From Octopus sinensis (Eukaryota): DNA of 64,000 nt. The stretch's first letter is position 1. Every line of letters begins with the position of its first letter. A model generated the notes under the pieces. That model was not told where the DNA came from. It saw only the letters and a program-made list of their open reading frames with translations, and did no database searches. This document shows positions 1 through 12,918 of the stretch, in pieces. Location: positions 10,044,001-10,108,000 of the forward strand of contig NC_043008.1 of the NCBI RefSeq assembly GCF_006345805.1, given 5' to 3'. The translations under genes and the position numbers were made by a program.

Positions 1-363
1 GGGTTAGGGTTAGAGTTAGGGCTAGTTAGGGTTAGTTAGGGTTAGTTAGGGTTAGGGTTAGGGGTGGGGGAAGGGTATCTTTTTTTTCTTCACAAATGTA
101 AATGAACCCAATCTGTTTCTTAAACGAGGGACATATTCATACGGCACATAATGTTTTCACCTCAATAGACGTCATTGATTGGTTGAAATTGCAGAAATTG
201 AAGAAAAAAAAACAACAAATATCTTACAAGCTATAGAATTTTCTCAATAAAGCCAAGAGAAAAAGATATTTTATAAACATATTCTGCCAGTATACGAAGT
301 TTAAAAGTGTTTAGTTACGTGGAAATAATTTTTTAAAAACTGCCGGTCAAACCAAAAGATCCC
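1..363. mobile_element. Right part of a repeat element containing degenerate (TTAGGG)n at 1-62; possible MITE, truncated by the window start
   Basis: GGGTTAGGGTTAGAGTTAGGGCTAGTTAGGG... then AT-rich body ending in a TIR-like AAAACTGCCGGTCAAACCAAAAGATCCC. Partner end not in the window. Confidence 0.45.
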
Positions 364-1159
364 AACGTATGGGCGTCGGAGTTCGTGGCTTCAATCTTAG
401 TAGACTTGTACATCTCAGTAGGACATACAGCGGTCTAGCATTACTTCTGGTTTGATGTACAAGAAGGAAGGAATCTAACATCATAAACCAATGAAGCACT
501 CATCAATTTTATAATGCTATTGCTGTTTGCATAATAAATTAGCATGCCGTATCTATTTGTGATTATTCCGTTCAAAGTAATTTATGTTGGCATGTACCCA
601 GTACAGCAGCAAATTACAGCTTATAAATAAGACGAAACTCCGGTTGGTGCCGTATCAATTCAGCTATCCAACTCTCGTTAATATGAATTAGGTTCTTTAA
701 ATCAATATGCTACACTTGTCTTAAAGTTTTCGACAACAAAATATAATTAAATTAGGTTCTCTTCATGTCTTTGTTTTTGCTTTTTGTTTTTACCGTAGAA
801 TTAAAAGACACATTTAGTTAAGCAAAGAGAAAGTTTGTGTATGAGAACGAAAAATAACGTGATTCTCCAATGATATTTGAACTAGCGATCGCCTTCCAAA
901 GGCTATTAAATGATATCACTGATATGTAATGTTTATACAGCAGGTCTATAGTTGACAGGGTTTAATTTTCATATTAACCGGATGTGATGTCATTACATTC
1001 GGTGTGACGTAAAGAAATGGTGGTTTCGTGATCTAATCCAGTTGAATTCAAATCAAATCACAAAAGAAAGATTCGGATTAAGCTTGGACTTGGAATCGAA
1101 ATCATCATTAAGACTCGATGATCTCTGATGCGCGAGTCGTTGCTCAACCCTTGTTGAGC

Positions 1160-1575
1160 AGACCTATATTCTTTTCTACTCTAGGTACAAGGCCCGGAAT
1201 TTTGAGGGAGGGGGCCCAGTCGATTAGTATGCAACTGGTACTTAATTTATCGACCCCGAAAGGATGAGAGGCAAAGTCGCACTGGGGTCGATCTAATCGA
1301 CTGACCCTCTCCCCCAAAATTTCGGGCCTTGTGTCTAAAGTAGAAAAGAATATATGTGTCTCGTAAGGCGGCGAGCTGGCAGAAGCGTTAGCACGCCGGG
1401 CGAAATGTTTAGTATTTCGTCCGTCTTTACGTTCTAAGTTCGAATGCGACCGAGGGGCGACTTTGCCTTTCATGATTAATAAAATAAATAAATAAATACC
1501 AGATGAGCACTGAGATCGATGTAATCGAATTGCCCCGTCCCACGAACTTGCTGGCCTTGTGCCAAAATTTGAAAC
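1160..1575. mobile_element. Two divergently oriented tRNA-derived SINE copies (family A): ~1160-1350 (-) and ~1365-1575 (+)
   Basis: Head AAGGCGGCGAGCTGGCAGAA..GTTAGCACGCCGGGCGAAATG and core GACTTTGCCTTTCAT, repeated many times in the window. Confidence 0.8.
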
Positions 1576-1872
1576 TAAAAATGTTTCGTTTGAAATTTTT
1601 TTCCATACTTAAAATACAAAAACTATGAATAGCAGGAATACAGAATATATTATTGTTTTACGGTTTGTTTCGTTTTGCTCTTCTTTATTAATTCCGATTT
1701 TACGTATATCTAACCACATTAAACTGAAATAATAAACAAATGAATTGAATAATGAATAGACAAATCATTTTCTAAATTCATCGATTTAAAACTTTTATCT
1801 ATTCTAAGAATCTTAATTCATAAATTTTAAAGCTTAATTTATTCATTTAGTAACAAACTCAATTTGTTAATT

Positions 1873-2008
1873 TTGTTGTGTCTGGAGAGAGTCATTTTCT
1901 TTTTGTGTCTTATAATGTAACACAGTCACCGGTAAAATTTCCTAAAATTTTCGTGAGTGTGTTACATTATCAGGCACAAAAACAAAATGACTTCCCAGAC
2001 ACAACAGA
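1873..2008. repeat. Fold-back inverted repeat, ~65 bp arms, ~3 nt loop
   Basis: TTGTTGTGTCTGGAGAGAGTCATTTTCTTTTTGTGTCTTATAATGTAACACAGTCAC..AAAATTT is mirrored by AAAATTTTCGTGAGTGTGTTACATTATCAGGCACAAAAACAAAATGACTTCCCAGACACAACAG. Confidence 0.8.
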
Positions 2009-4042
2009 ATATGCTTCAACACACGAACTCATATAAAGAATCTTGCGAACCAAAATCCAAAAACCAAATCAATTTGTTAATTTTGCTGACAATTCTCATA
2101 CACAATGTCTGCTTCGTGTTCGAGAAGAATCTCAGAAACATTTAGAACCATATGGAAGCAGTGATCAAAGAATATTAACCAAGAATATGACATTAGTCAG
2201 AGATAAGGACATGCGTCACTCACCTGAACAGATCTTTTAAACATGGTGTTAACTATCAGAAATACAGTGGTGAGGATTCAGTTGACAGCAACGCTGCTCT
2301 ATAGAAATTCGAAATAACTTTCGGGGTGTGGGGAAGTTATTCGACATTCTCTTCGTCCCCTGACTCACAGAAACATTATTGGTTTGGTTTTAAGGATAGA
2401 CCTGTGCCCCCGACAATTATAGACCCCTAATCCCAAAGACGAGTAAGACAATGCAGTTGATGTCCTTCTTGGATATCTGCCAGTTGACGGCTACAAGAAA
2501 ACATTGCATCATTACATTAATCCAGTACTGTATTTAATTGTTTCTACATGTAAAGCTCTCAGATAAGCCTTTGCTATGTTGGCTTGCATCTAGATACACT
2601 AGGGGAGATAAAGTCTCTAGTGATGGCCCTAAGACCTGTGATTAGTTCCGTAACTGATTCACCTTGTGCTGTTGGTGAACCGATTAATACCTTTCCGTTA
2701 TATTGGAATCCAAGTCAGGACTGCAATGGAGTATTTTATAACAGCAAATTAACAAATCAATCATCAAATTCAAATGATTGGCGCTTTATACAACTCTTTC
2801 TAAAGTTTAAGATTTTCTTTTTAAGATCGGAACACATGGGAGAACGGAAAAACTTCAATATCTCCAGATTGTCAGCATGGCAACCCTAAATATGTCAGGG
2901 TGTGTTGTTTAGCCATCAACTAAATGGAGATACTTTATATCTGTAGTACTGGATATGCAGTACTACAACAATTAAATGCAGCCAATGAAAAACAATTAAA
3001 TGCAGCCAAACGTTTTGTCCAGCACGGTAAAGTTTCTGCCAGACCGCCATTTTCAGTGGTTAAATAACAACGTTTTTAAAGCTTGTTATTGTTGACTGTT
3101 GTGAATGCACGTGGTTTCGTGGTTAAGCTGTTGGATTCTCGATCGTAAGATTATAAGTTCCATTCTGGAATTTTGTAAGGTTGTAGGTTCGATTCTGGAC
3201 TTTAACTCTGTTGGAACGCTTCCAACAGAATTTAAGGCCCTCAGTGACTGGGTGGGATGGGGTTAAACTGGACAACGGATTACATCTACCACCGAAGATG
3301 GCCGCGGTGAGATTTGAATTCAAGAAGGCAAATAACCGAAAGGTATCTTGTCCGTTGCTCTAATTATCCTACCAGTTCACCGTCCTCGACTGGTACTTTA
3401 TTTACCCCAGAGGGAAAAAAAAAGCAAAGTTGAACTCGGCAGGATTTGAACACAGGATGCAAGAAATCAGAGTAAATAACACAGAAGATATCTTTTGAAA
3501 AGTTTCTCTTTAATTACGATGTTGTTTTATTTTTATTTTTATTTTACGTTATTTACAAAATTCTAATTTATTTAAGTTTTGTTGTTTTGTTTTTCTTTTG
3601 AGGGAGGCTTCATATTTTTCCATCCACAATTAATTTTATTTTTTGTATTTTTAATTATTTATTTAGTTTAGCTTTTCTTTCTTTAGATAAGATTCCTTGA
3701 AGGAGAAGAAGCAAATTATAGAATAAATGTCGTTTTAAAAATTACTTAATTTCTTCCAAATCGAAATACAAAAGTGATTACGATAAACACAATGATAAAT
3801 TTTAAAGTGCAAAATACAATTAGTCATTGAAAACCTTCCTTGCAGATACGAAGCAAAACGAAGCAGAATAAATTTAGATTTCTAAATAATAAAGTGAGAT
3901 AAGTAAGTGTTTGAAGAAAAATGGCAAACAAGGAAGAAGAACAAGAAGAAGCAGAAGAGAAGAGGAAAAAAAGACAAAACCAAAATATTTCAAAATTTGA
4001 AATTTTCAATTATTCATGAAGTAGAATTTGTTTGTTTTTTTT

Positions 4043-4088
<46 letters not shown>

Positions 4089-4439
4089 GCATGTATGTAT
4101 ATATATCTATGTATGCATATGTATACGCTTGTTCTTCGACATTATTTAAAACTATCGTTGAATGGTGAAGCGCAATATGAATAGTGTTTGTGTATATATT
4201 TTATATGCTTACATATATATTATATATATATATATATATATACGTATATACATTATATATATTCTTGTTTATTCCTTTTGTAATTCCATGCATATATATC
4301 ATATATATGGTTAAATATATATATATATATATGCTCATGTGTGTATATAAATATATATATATACATACATATCGTATATATGTATATAAATACACAGATA
4401 TACATTATATATACTTACACATTATATATACATATATAT

Positions 4440-4474
<35 letters not shown>

Positions 4475-4519
4475 TGGCGCTTCCACATTCAATAACAACA
4501 CTCCAGCGTTGAAGCATAT

Positions 4520-4573
<54 letters not shown>

Positions 4574-4574
<1 letters not shown>

Positions 4575-5328
4575 GAGGTCTGATCAATAAGTATCCGTAC
4601 TGTTGCCATAGTAACGAAAGTAAAGCATACAGAGGAAGTTGTCATGGCGATACCCGCTCAGAGGCCTACGCAAGGTTGCAGAAAGCGTATGGAGAGGAGT
4701 GTATGAGCCGCACACACGTGTAGGAGACAAATGTACGAGTGGTTTAGACGTTTCCAAGTAGACCGAAAAAATGTCGATATTGATGAACGATCTGGGAGAC
4801 CCACAACCCGCAGGACGGAGAAAAATATCGCAGATGTGCGCGCAGCTGTGAAGGGAAATCGTCGAATCACCATTCGTGAAGATGTGCAGATTAGTTACGG
4901 TTCAGTTCAATCCATTATCACTGAAGATTTGGGTATGAGATTTGGGTATGCCAAGTTTGTGCCAAAACTGCTTTCAGCTGACCAAAAAGACACCCGGGTT
5001 TCAGTTGCACAGGATCTCCTTGATTGTGTCGAGAACGATGAAAACTTTTTGAAAACCTTGCATAGGGTCTCTGAGCAGGTATCGCCAAGCTTTTGGCAAA
5101 ATTTGATGCAGATTTTCAGCTCAACTTTTCCTGCCATAGTCAATGCGATGATCACACGCTACACACTTTCCTTCCAAGCTCTGCTGTAAACAGCGGAAGT
5201 GAGCTAGAACGCTAACCCTTAATGCGCATGCACAGCAGAGTTCGAGGTCAATCTGTGCCGAGCGACTTCACCCTACGTACTTTAGCTTCGTTACTATAGC
5301 AACAGTCCGGATACTTATTGATCAGACC
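4574..5328. mobile_element. Non-autonomous mariner derivative with transposase N-terminal fragments and inverted ends
   Basis: TIRs TA|CGAGGTCTGATCAATAAGTATCCG ... CGGATACTTATTGATCAGACC. The + strand gives YEWFRRF..DERSGRP..IITEDLGMR..AKFVPKLLS (mariner HTH and WVPHEL-like linker). No DD34D domain. Confidence 0.9.
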
Positions 5329-5354
5329 ACACACACACACACACACACACACAC

Positions 5355-5429
<75 letters not shown>

Positions 5430-5437
5430 CAGATAGT

Positions 5438-5505
<68 letters not shown>

Positions 5506-5513
5506 CAGATAGT

Positions 5514-5573
<60 letters not shown>

Positions 5574-5595
5574 CAGATAGATAGCATAAAAGTGA

Positions 5596-5629
<34 letters not shown>

Positions 5630-5630
5630 T
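5329..5630. repeat. Compound microsatellite (CA)n-(GATA)n-(GAT)n
   Basis: Direct reading. Confidence 0.95.
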
Positions 5631-6230
5631 CGGCGGTGGTGGCAGTGGCAAGATCACCAGCGGCGGTGATGAAGGAAAGTGTTACAGGGGAGATGAAGAA
5701 CTTACAACAGGAAAGGGTGAAGGAGAATTGTCTTGGAGATATTAATATTTTTTAAGGCCGGAAATTTGAACAGGAACATGATTGATAATATCGATTTCTG
5801 ATATAGAAACCAAGTTTTCATATTTAGTAGGATGGATAAGTCGATTTGATGAAGACCAACGGAGGACGGAAGGCAATTTCGGCCTCACTATAAGGGACGT
5901 AACTAAGTATAGCCAGGGATTGTGTACGACTCTTAACGACTCTGATAGTCTACTGACCGTAAGTATTAAGTTGACGGTGGTGATGATAATAATAATGAGG
6001 AAGAGGAGGAGGAGGAGGAGGAGGGGATAGGGATTGTGATGATGGTGGTGATGATGATGAAAGATTCATTATCATAATCAACGTAATCATCATCATCACC
6101 TTCATCACAATAATAATAATAATGTTTAGTTTAATGTCCTACCAATGTATACTATGAGTTTCTTTGCCCTAGGAGTCGGGAAGACACTCGGCAAGAAATG
6201 GAAGCAAATTTGAAAGAAGAAAAACCCATA

Positions 6231-6305
<75 letters not shown>

Positions 6306-6516
6306 CCTTTTTTACTGGAGGCACAAGGCTTCAAATTTGAGAGGAGTGGGACTAGTCGATGTAATCTACCCCAGTGTTTCACTGGTGCTTAATTTATCGA
6401 CCCCGAAAGGATGACATGTAAAGTCGACCCCAACGGAATTTGAATTCAGAATGTAACGACGGGTGATATGCCGTTAAGCATTTCGTCCAGCGTGCTAACG
6501 ATTCTGCCGGCTCGCC

Positions 6517-6553
<37 letters not shown>

Positions 6554-6568
6554 TAATAATAAATAATA

Positions 6569-6841
6569 GATCCCTGGCTTACCATCCCTGCAAGAAGTGC
6601 AAAAGATTGTCTTAACTGGTACCTCACACGTATTGAGAAGAGCATTGTCGATGTGAGAACTATTACTACCCATTTTTTTTTAATTTAACGTTATTTCTAT
6701 CAAAAAAAAAAATGAACGAACTAGTGAGTTTAGTTTAATGGCCTACCAATGTATACTATGAGATTCTTTGCCCTAGGAGTCGGGAAGACACTCGGCAAGA
6801 AATGGAAGCAAATTTGAAAGAAGAAGAAAACTCCATAAATG

Positions 6842-6893
<52 letters not shown>

Positions 6894-6900
6894 TAATAAT
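6569..6900 (+). mobile_element. 3' end of a Dong/R4-like (RLE-type) non-LTR retrotransposon in an (AAT)n tract; shorter copy at ~6125-6305
   Basis: Translates IPGLPSLQEVQKIVLTGTSHVLRRALSM*, like the typical R4/Dong C-terminus QKxxLLGTAHILR. Followed by a 3' UTR duplicated at 6125-6230, both ending in (AAT)n. Confidence 0.7.
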
Positions 6901-7190
6901 CACTTCTTTATTGACCACTGGGAGTTCACATATACAGACAAGGGACGGTACAGGACAATGCAAAACAAAGTGAGATTACAGGATAAGAAAAACGTAAACA
7001 GAAGAATAACAATAAATAAAAGTTTAACAATAAACCCCACCCCAAAAGAAGGAGACTTCTAAGGGCTGCTCGTAGAAACCTAACGAAGTACGATTGCCCT
7101 GACCTCCTCGACAAATGTCCTCTCCTCTTCATCTACCCTTGATCTACAGGCGCTTGCTTAGATCGGTCCATTAGCGCTGCCATCTCCTAA
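6900..7190 (-). mobile_element. Probable 3' end of an L1/Tx1-like LINE
   Basis: Minus strand ends ...TGTCCTGTACCGTCCCTTGTCTGTATATGTGAACTCCCAGTGGTCAATAAAGAAG (pyrimidine-rich UTR plus AATAAA) next to (ATT)n. Family assignment is inference. Confidence 0.4.
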
Positions 7191-7235
7191 AATAACTGGG
7201 AGGCTGCACTTTCCTCTATACCCTCACTTTCTCAT

Positions 7236-7607
7236 TTAGAATTTTCTTCTGGTCGAGTAACCCATTCTGCTTAAGAGGTCCCTGAATGAGGGTTGTTTAA
7301 GGATGTTGAAAGAACCACCCATGTTTCCAGAGGTGAATTATTCAAACCCCAAAGAGTCCCTCTCAACACATGGCTATGATGCTCCCCCACTAATTCTACT
7401 CGTGATCAGAGATGCACATATCGTCAGCCACTAAGGGACATGCTTAACTGGTTAAAGTCAAACAACTGACAAGCGAATCTGTGGTATTGAGCAGAATATT
7501 TGCTGTAGCCCATCTTTTATACCAAGACAAAACAATGTACATGATAACACTTCCAATCAGTTAAGATCAGAAGCCATGAGAGCCACTGTCTGGTACTGCA
7601 TCAGGGC

Positions 7608-7671
<64 letters not shown>

Positions 7672-7680
7672 TTATTATCA
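7236..7680 (+). mobile_element. Interspersed (AAT)n-associated repeat; other copies at ~21384-21848 (-) and ~41113-41265 (-)
   Basis: Shared AACACATGGCTATGATGCTC..ATCAGAGATGCACAT..GTGGTATTGAGCAGAATATTTGCT blocks among the three loci. Confidence 0.8.
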
Positions 7681-8047
7681 TCATTATTATCATTATCATG
7701 ATAGAAAATATTATTATCATTATTATTATTTTGATTATGTCTATTTCAAAGTTCTCCAAATTTTGTAACAATGGAGCGAAACTTTTTTTGACAAAACACA
7801 TATTTCTGGAAATTCTTTTCATAAATGTATATGTGTGTGTAGATACACACGCATAAGCCCACGCACACGCTCACACTCACACACGCATATATACACACGG
7901 ATTTATACACACACACACACTCACACACACACAGGCTCACACACACGCACACACATTAAACTAAAATTCAAAAATTTCTTCAGTATAATAGAAATTCTTA
8001 CTATTGTTACAAGCTTAAAGGATTTGGGAAAGATAACAATAGAATCA

Positions 8048-8111
<64 letters not shown>

Positions 8112-9844
8112 CATTATTATTATCATTATTATTATTACTACTACTACTACTATTATTATTTTTATGGTTTCAAATTTGGGTACAAGGCCAGCAATTTTGG
8201 GGAAGGGAGTGAGTCGATTGCATCGACCCTAGTACTTAACTGGTACATATTTTATCGACCCCGAAATGATGAAAGGCGAAGTTGACCTCGGCGGAATTTG
8301 AACTCAGAACGTAACGGCAGACGAAATACCGCTAAGCATTTCGCCGGGTGGTTTTCTGCTAGCCACTTGATAATATTTTTCACATTTGATTCCCAATTCT
8401 GATAATTTTCATATTCTACCTCTAATTATTTCTTTGTATAATAGTGCTCACTCGCTTAGTAAATATTCCTTTCATTATTTTATCACAGTCTTAATCTCTC
8501 TATTTTAAACAAACATCACGGTAGTCCAACAACAAAGGGAGAAGAAATTTGCCAAGTCATATCGTCCCCTCAAAGTATCATAGAGATTACAATTCAGCAG
8601 CCCATCTGTAAGCTTTGCAGTGTGTGTGTGTGTGTGTGTCGCTGACTTTGTTGCCTAATGACATCCAGAAAATGGATACTTTTAAACAAAATTTTCTAAA
8701 ATACCGCTTAGATATTGTGGCTTCAGAGCATATACGGATTTGTGGGGAAGAATTTTTCCGAGGGGGTGGAGAGAAGAGTTTTGGAAAATTCACACCATCT
8801 GACTTTTTCCCTCATAACTTTCAGGAAAATGGGTCTCTTTTAATGAAAATTTATACAAATCCCTTTCAAACGGCATAGATTACGAATTTAAAGAAATTTG
8901 TGGGGAAAATTTTTGCGGGCATTTTACCCATTTTTTTTAAACCACAGCCTTCGAAATGATGGGGTTGGTGGGGGGCATCTTTGTCTGAAAAAGTTTTGAA
9001 AGCTCTTTTTTTACAACTCCTCTCCCTCATCATCCCATTCCGGACCTATTTTGGCCAATTTTGTTTTGCACCTCAAAACCATGGGAAGAACATTTTCGAT
9101 AAATTTTTTTTTTTTAATTACTAATATTTTCAGAGGGAAAAGTGATTGATTTAAGGGCGATTTGGCTGTTGCTTTTTGCACACACAAAGACAATCCTCCT
9201 CGTTTCTTTATCACTCTCACATGTGTTGATGTTTTTCAATATTTTTCCCCATGAATACATTTATATGCTATGTGTGTGTGACTCTGTGTGTTTGTGTGTG
9301 TATGCATTCATGTGTGTGTGTGTGTGTGTGTGCGTGCGCGCGTGCATGTTTTATATTGCATCCTTTTATGTCCTATCATTTCTCAGTTCAAGAAATATGG
9401 AAACAATATAGAGTAAATTTCCTTTGAAGCAAGTATTTGTGCTACAGCATGGCCACATTTCCATGAATGGAACCAATAAAAGAATGAAAGAATAGAAAAG
9501 AGCATGATGTTATAGATTCTAAAGAAAATAAACTACTCTCGCCTAAATTTCTTTTCAGTGAACCTGAAATAATATAATTTTAGAAATAGAGAAAAATATT
9601 ACACTCCATCTTTACGTAATAAATTCTCAATTTTTTTCTTGCACCCAAAGAATGAGAATTATCTCAGATTGTTTGAATTCAAAAGTGAATTAACGAAAAG
9701 TCAAAATGTTACAAAACCATGAATGAAATTCTTTTAAAACAAATTCTGAACCGAAATATATTGTAGTTCGTTTTGATAACATGTTTCTACGAATTAATTA
9801 CGATGTTATATTACTTCTAACATATATTTTTTATTCTCTTTCAG

Positions 9845-10556
9845 GTACATTGGAATTATCCACCCGTTTGAAGCACATATTGTGTGTAACCGGAGACGTA
9901 TCATCTGTGTGATATGCATCGTGTGGTTCATATCTTTGGTGACGGGTTTACCACCGCTTCTCTTCAACACAGTGATGCACGACAAGTCAAAGGATTCAGT
10001 TGGTTTCTGTCGCATGCGATTTCCAACAAATTCCTTTCTTTATTTCATGATTTATAAATTCGGAGAGTTCTTCCTGTATTATTTCGCTCCCTTACTTTTA
10101 CAAATGGTTCTTTATTGTATCATTACAAAACAATTGTTTCTTGGTAGTGAACATCTACACAGGCCTGTTGTAATGACTTGGACGGAAACCGGAAATCGAA
10201 CCGAGCGCTCTTCCGATGCCCTTCAAGCGCGAAAGGGAGTTGTGAAAATGCTCATCATCAGTGTATTGGTCTATTTTATCAGTTACTCACCCATCGAGAT
10301 TATGCTGTTCTATAAAATGATATCGCCTCATGCGTTCAAGGACCACTGGTCTTATCACGTAATTGCCATTGTCATCGCTTATGTCAATTCGTCCGCTAAC
10401 CCCATACTCTACAGCATCTTCAGCCAGAATTTCCGTCGACGTTTCAACGCCATACTCTGCGGCCATGAAGAGAAAAACCGACACATGACAGCTACCTCAA
10501 CAAATTCCCGCATGTGGCGCCTCACAAGTCTCAGGTCAGCTACAACAGAAGTGTGA
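9845..10556 (+). CDS. Terminal coding exon (end of TM3 to C-terminus) of a rhodopsin-like class A neuropeptide-type GPCR
   Basis: Acceptor ttctctttcag|G TAC ATT GGA completes an (E/D)R-YIGIIHP motif. TM4 IVWFISLVTGLPPL, ECL2 Cys, TM5 YFAPLLLQMVLY, TM6 ARKGVVKMLIISVLVYFISYSP, TM7 YVNSSANPILY, helix 8 FSQNFRRRF, stop TGA at 10556. Confidence 0.93.
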
Positions 10557-10769
10557 CGGACAGTTCTCCTCCTTGCTGCTATTGTACATTCTAATCTTTG
10601 ATTCCTTAAATGTATTTTCATTTCATTTTGGGGTTATTCTTTTTATTTAATTTAACAAATACCTAGCTTTTTAGGGTGTATGTGTGTGTGTGTGCGCGTG
10701 AGAGATAGACAGACACACAGACAGACAGAGAAACAGAAACAGAGAGAGAGGGTTGTTTCATATTTATAT

Positions 10770-10935
10770 GATAGCTCAGTGGTTAGAGCGTCGGGCTCAC
10801 AATCATGAGGTAGTAGGTTCGATTCCTGGTCCGGGCTGCGTGTTGTGTTTTTGAGCAAGACACTTTATTCCACGTTGTTCCAGTTCACTCACCTGTAGAA
10901 ATGAATTGCGACATTACAGGTGCCAAGCTGTATCG
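10770..10935 (+). mobile_element. tRNA-derived SINE (family D) downstream of the GPCR stop
   Basis: A box TAGCTCAGTGGTTAGAGC, B box GGTTCGATTCC, then TTGAGCAAGACACTTTATTCCACGTTG shared with 62476-62729 and minus copies near 11370-11485 and 59970-60080. Confidence 0.75.
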
Positions 10936-11087
10936 TGGAATTGCTGGCCTTGTGCCAAAATTTGAAATCAGTATAGTTTATATGAATTATGGATTCTAAG
11001 AAAGGAAAGAGTGACAAAACAATACTTATTTATCTTTTGAAGAAAACTGGCAAAATGGCTTTTTGCTAGATTCACTCTGAAGCCTCC

Positions 11088-11141
<54 letters not shown>

Positions 11142-12787
11142 TTATCTATCTATCTCTCTATCTATCTATCTATTTATCTATCTATCTATCTCTCAAACAC
11201 ACCCACCCACACAGTTCATCCTCACCCACCCCTAGACATACTATATCGAGTTCTAGAACTCATCGGGCCGGATCAGTTATCCAGTTTCCAAGGCAATTAT
11301 GTAACCGATACCACTGCATGACCCCTAAACAAGGCACCAGTCTGTCACAGGGTCGCTCGTCTACAGATGAGTGGCCTGGAGTAACGTGAAATGAAGAGTT
11401 TTGCTCAAGAACACAATGCACCGCATGGTCTACGAAACGAAGCCACGATCTTGCGATTGTGAGCGCAAAACCCTAACCACTAACCTACCTAAAAAATATT
11501 TTTAAATCTTCACTGCATGCTTTGTCATACATGACATGCAGTGAATCGATTTTTACATCATTAAACATGTGCTGATTCCTTCATTAAAACATGTAACGTT
11601 TAAGATAAAATGTTTAAAGCAAGCTGCTTCTATAGCTTTGTTTGAGCGTAATTTCATTTTTTGTTTTTATTCGCTTTGGCTCACAAGATATAAAAACATT
11701 TCCAAATCGACACTCACCCCCAAAAAAGTGTACCGACTTCAAAAATGTATTTTACCTAATTCTTCTTCCATCTTAAAATTGCTTCCCCACTTAAGTTCCC
11801 CCCATCCGCCACTAAGTACTAACCTACCTTCATAAGTTCGAAATTATCATCTGTATTGGGCTACGGACGACGCTCTTGCTTCTCAGAACAAAATCATTTA
11901 AGCAAATAGTTATTCAATATTTCAATGTGTTTATATATGAGCAACAGAGAATGTGATGGATGATTAAATACAAAGAGAACTATATAAACTATTCCACGTT
12001 ACAAGTAGATTAAAAATTGGAAATATAGTGATTGTGGTTTCGGGTTTCAAGTCTAAGTATTCATCAGACAAATTAAGTCAAACTATTGTATCTTTTTCTC
12101 TAATTCTGTAATGTGTAACCAACCATTTACTGTACGTGTGTATATCTTTTTAATAAACATGTGAGAATAGCATTTGTATTTTGAAATTGTATTTATATTT
12201 GTAATTCAGTATGAATATATATATATATAAATTTATATAAACCAGCTTAGAGAAGAAGAAACGAAACGAAACCAAACGAATCGAATCGAATCGACGCGAA
12301 GGCGCTCAGTCATACAATAGTGTAATAAATAAAATATATGCATACACACAAACATATATGTACGTACCTACATCTACATGTATATATACATGCATATATA
12401 AATATATATACGTGTGTAGAGGACACCACAAATAGACGTAGAACTCAACGAGAAACGAAAACGTAAAAACAGCATGGAACGGACCATTCCTTTAACAACG
12501 AAAAAACAGAGTACAAGACAACTACACAAGGAAAAATCCCCTTCATCAGCCGTCCCTAGTTCAACTCCAGCGTGTTTCGAAGGTGAGGACAGAACACGTC
12601 TCGCCGAACTAATCCTTCCTGCGAAAGAATTAAATAAAATTCCTAAATCTATATAAATAAGGATAAGATCGTTAATTCAAAAATAAAATAACGATTTTAT
12701 CAAGTGGTCAGCATGGAAGAAATAACCTTCAAAGGTAATAATTATAAAAATTTTCAGCATGGTGGTATCTCGTAGATACCCTAATTA

Positions 12788-12889
<102 letters not shown>

Positions 12890-12918
12890 CAACAATTAAG
12901 AATGGACAGTTCAAAACA

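Noticed and set aside
1-62. True chromosome end
   Set aside because: Short, degenerate and wrong strand polarity for a left telomere.
10770-10840. tRNA genes suggested by A/B boxes (also 29640-29716, 36320-36390, 62476-62550)
   Set aside because: No complete acceptor stem; each continues into a SINE body, some with TSDs.
12535-12585. Minus-strand GAAAC...CTGATGA as a type II hammerhead
   Set aside because: Core words are present but no convincing stem I, stem III or NUH site could be paired.
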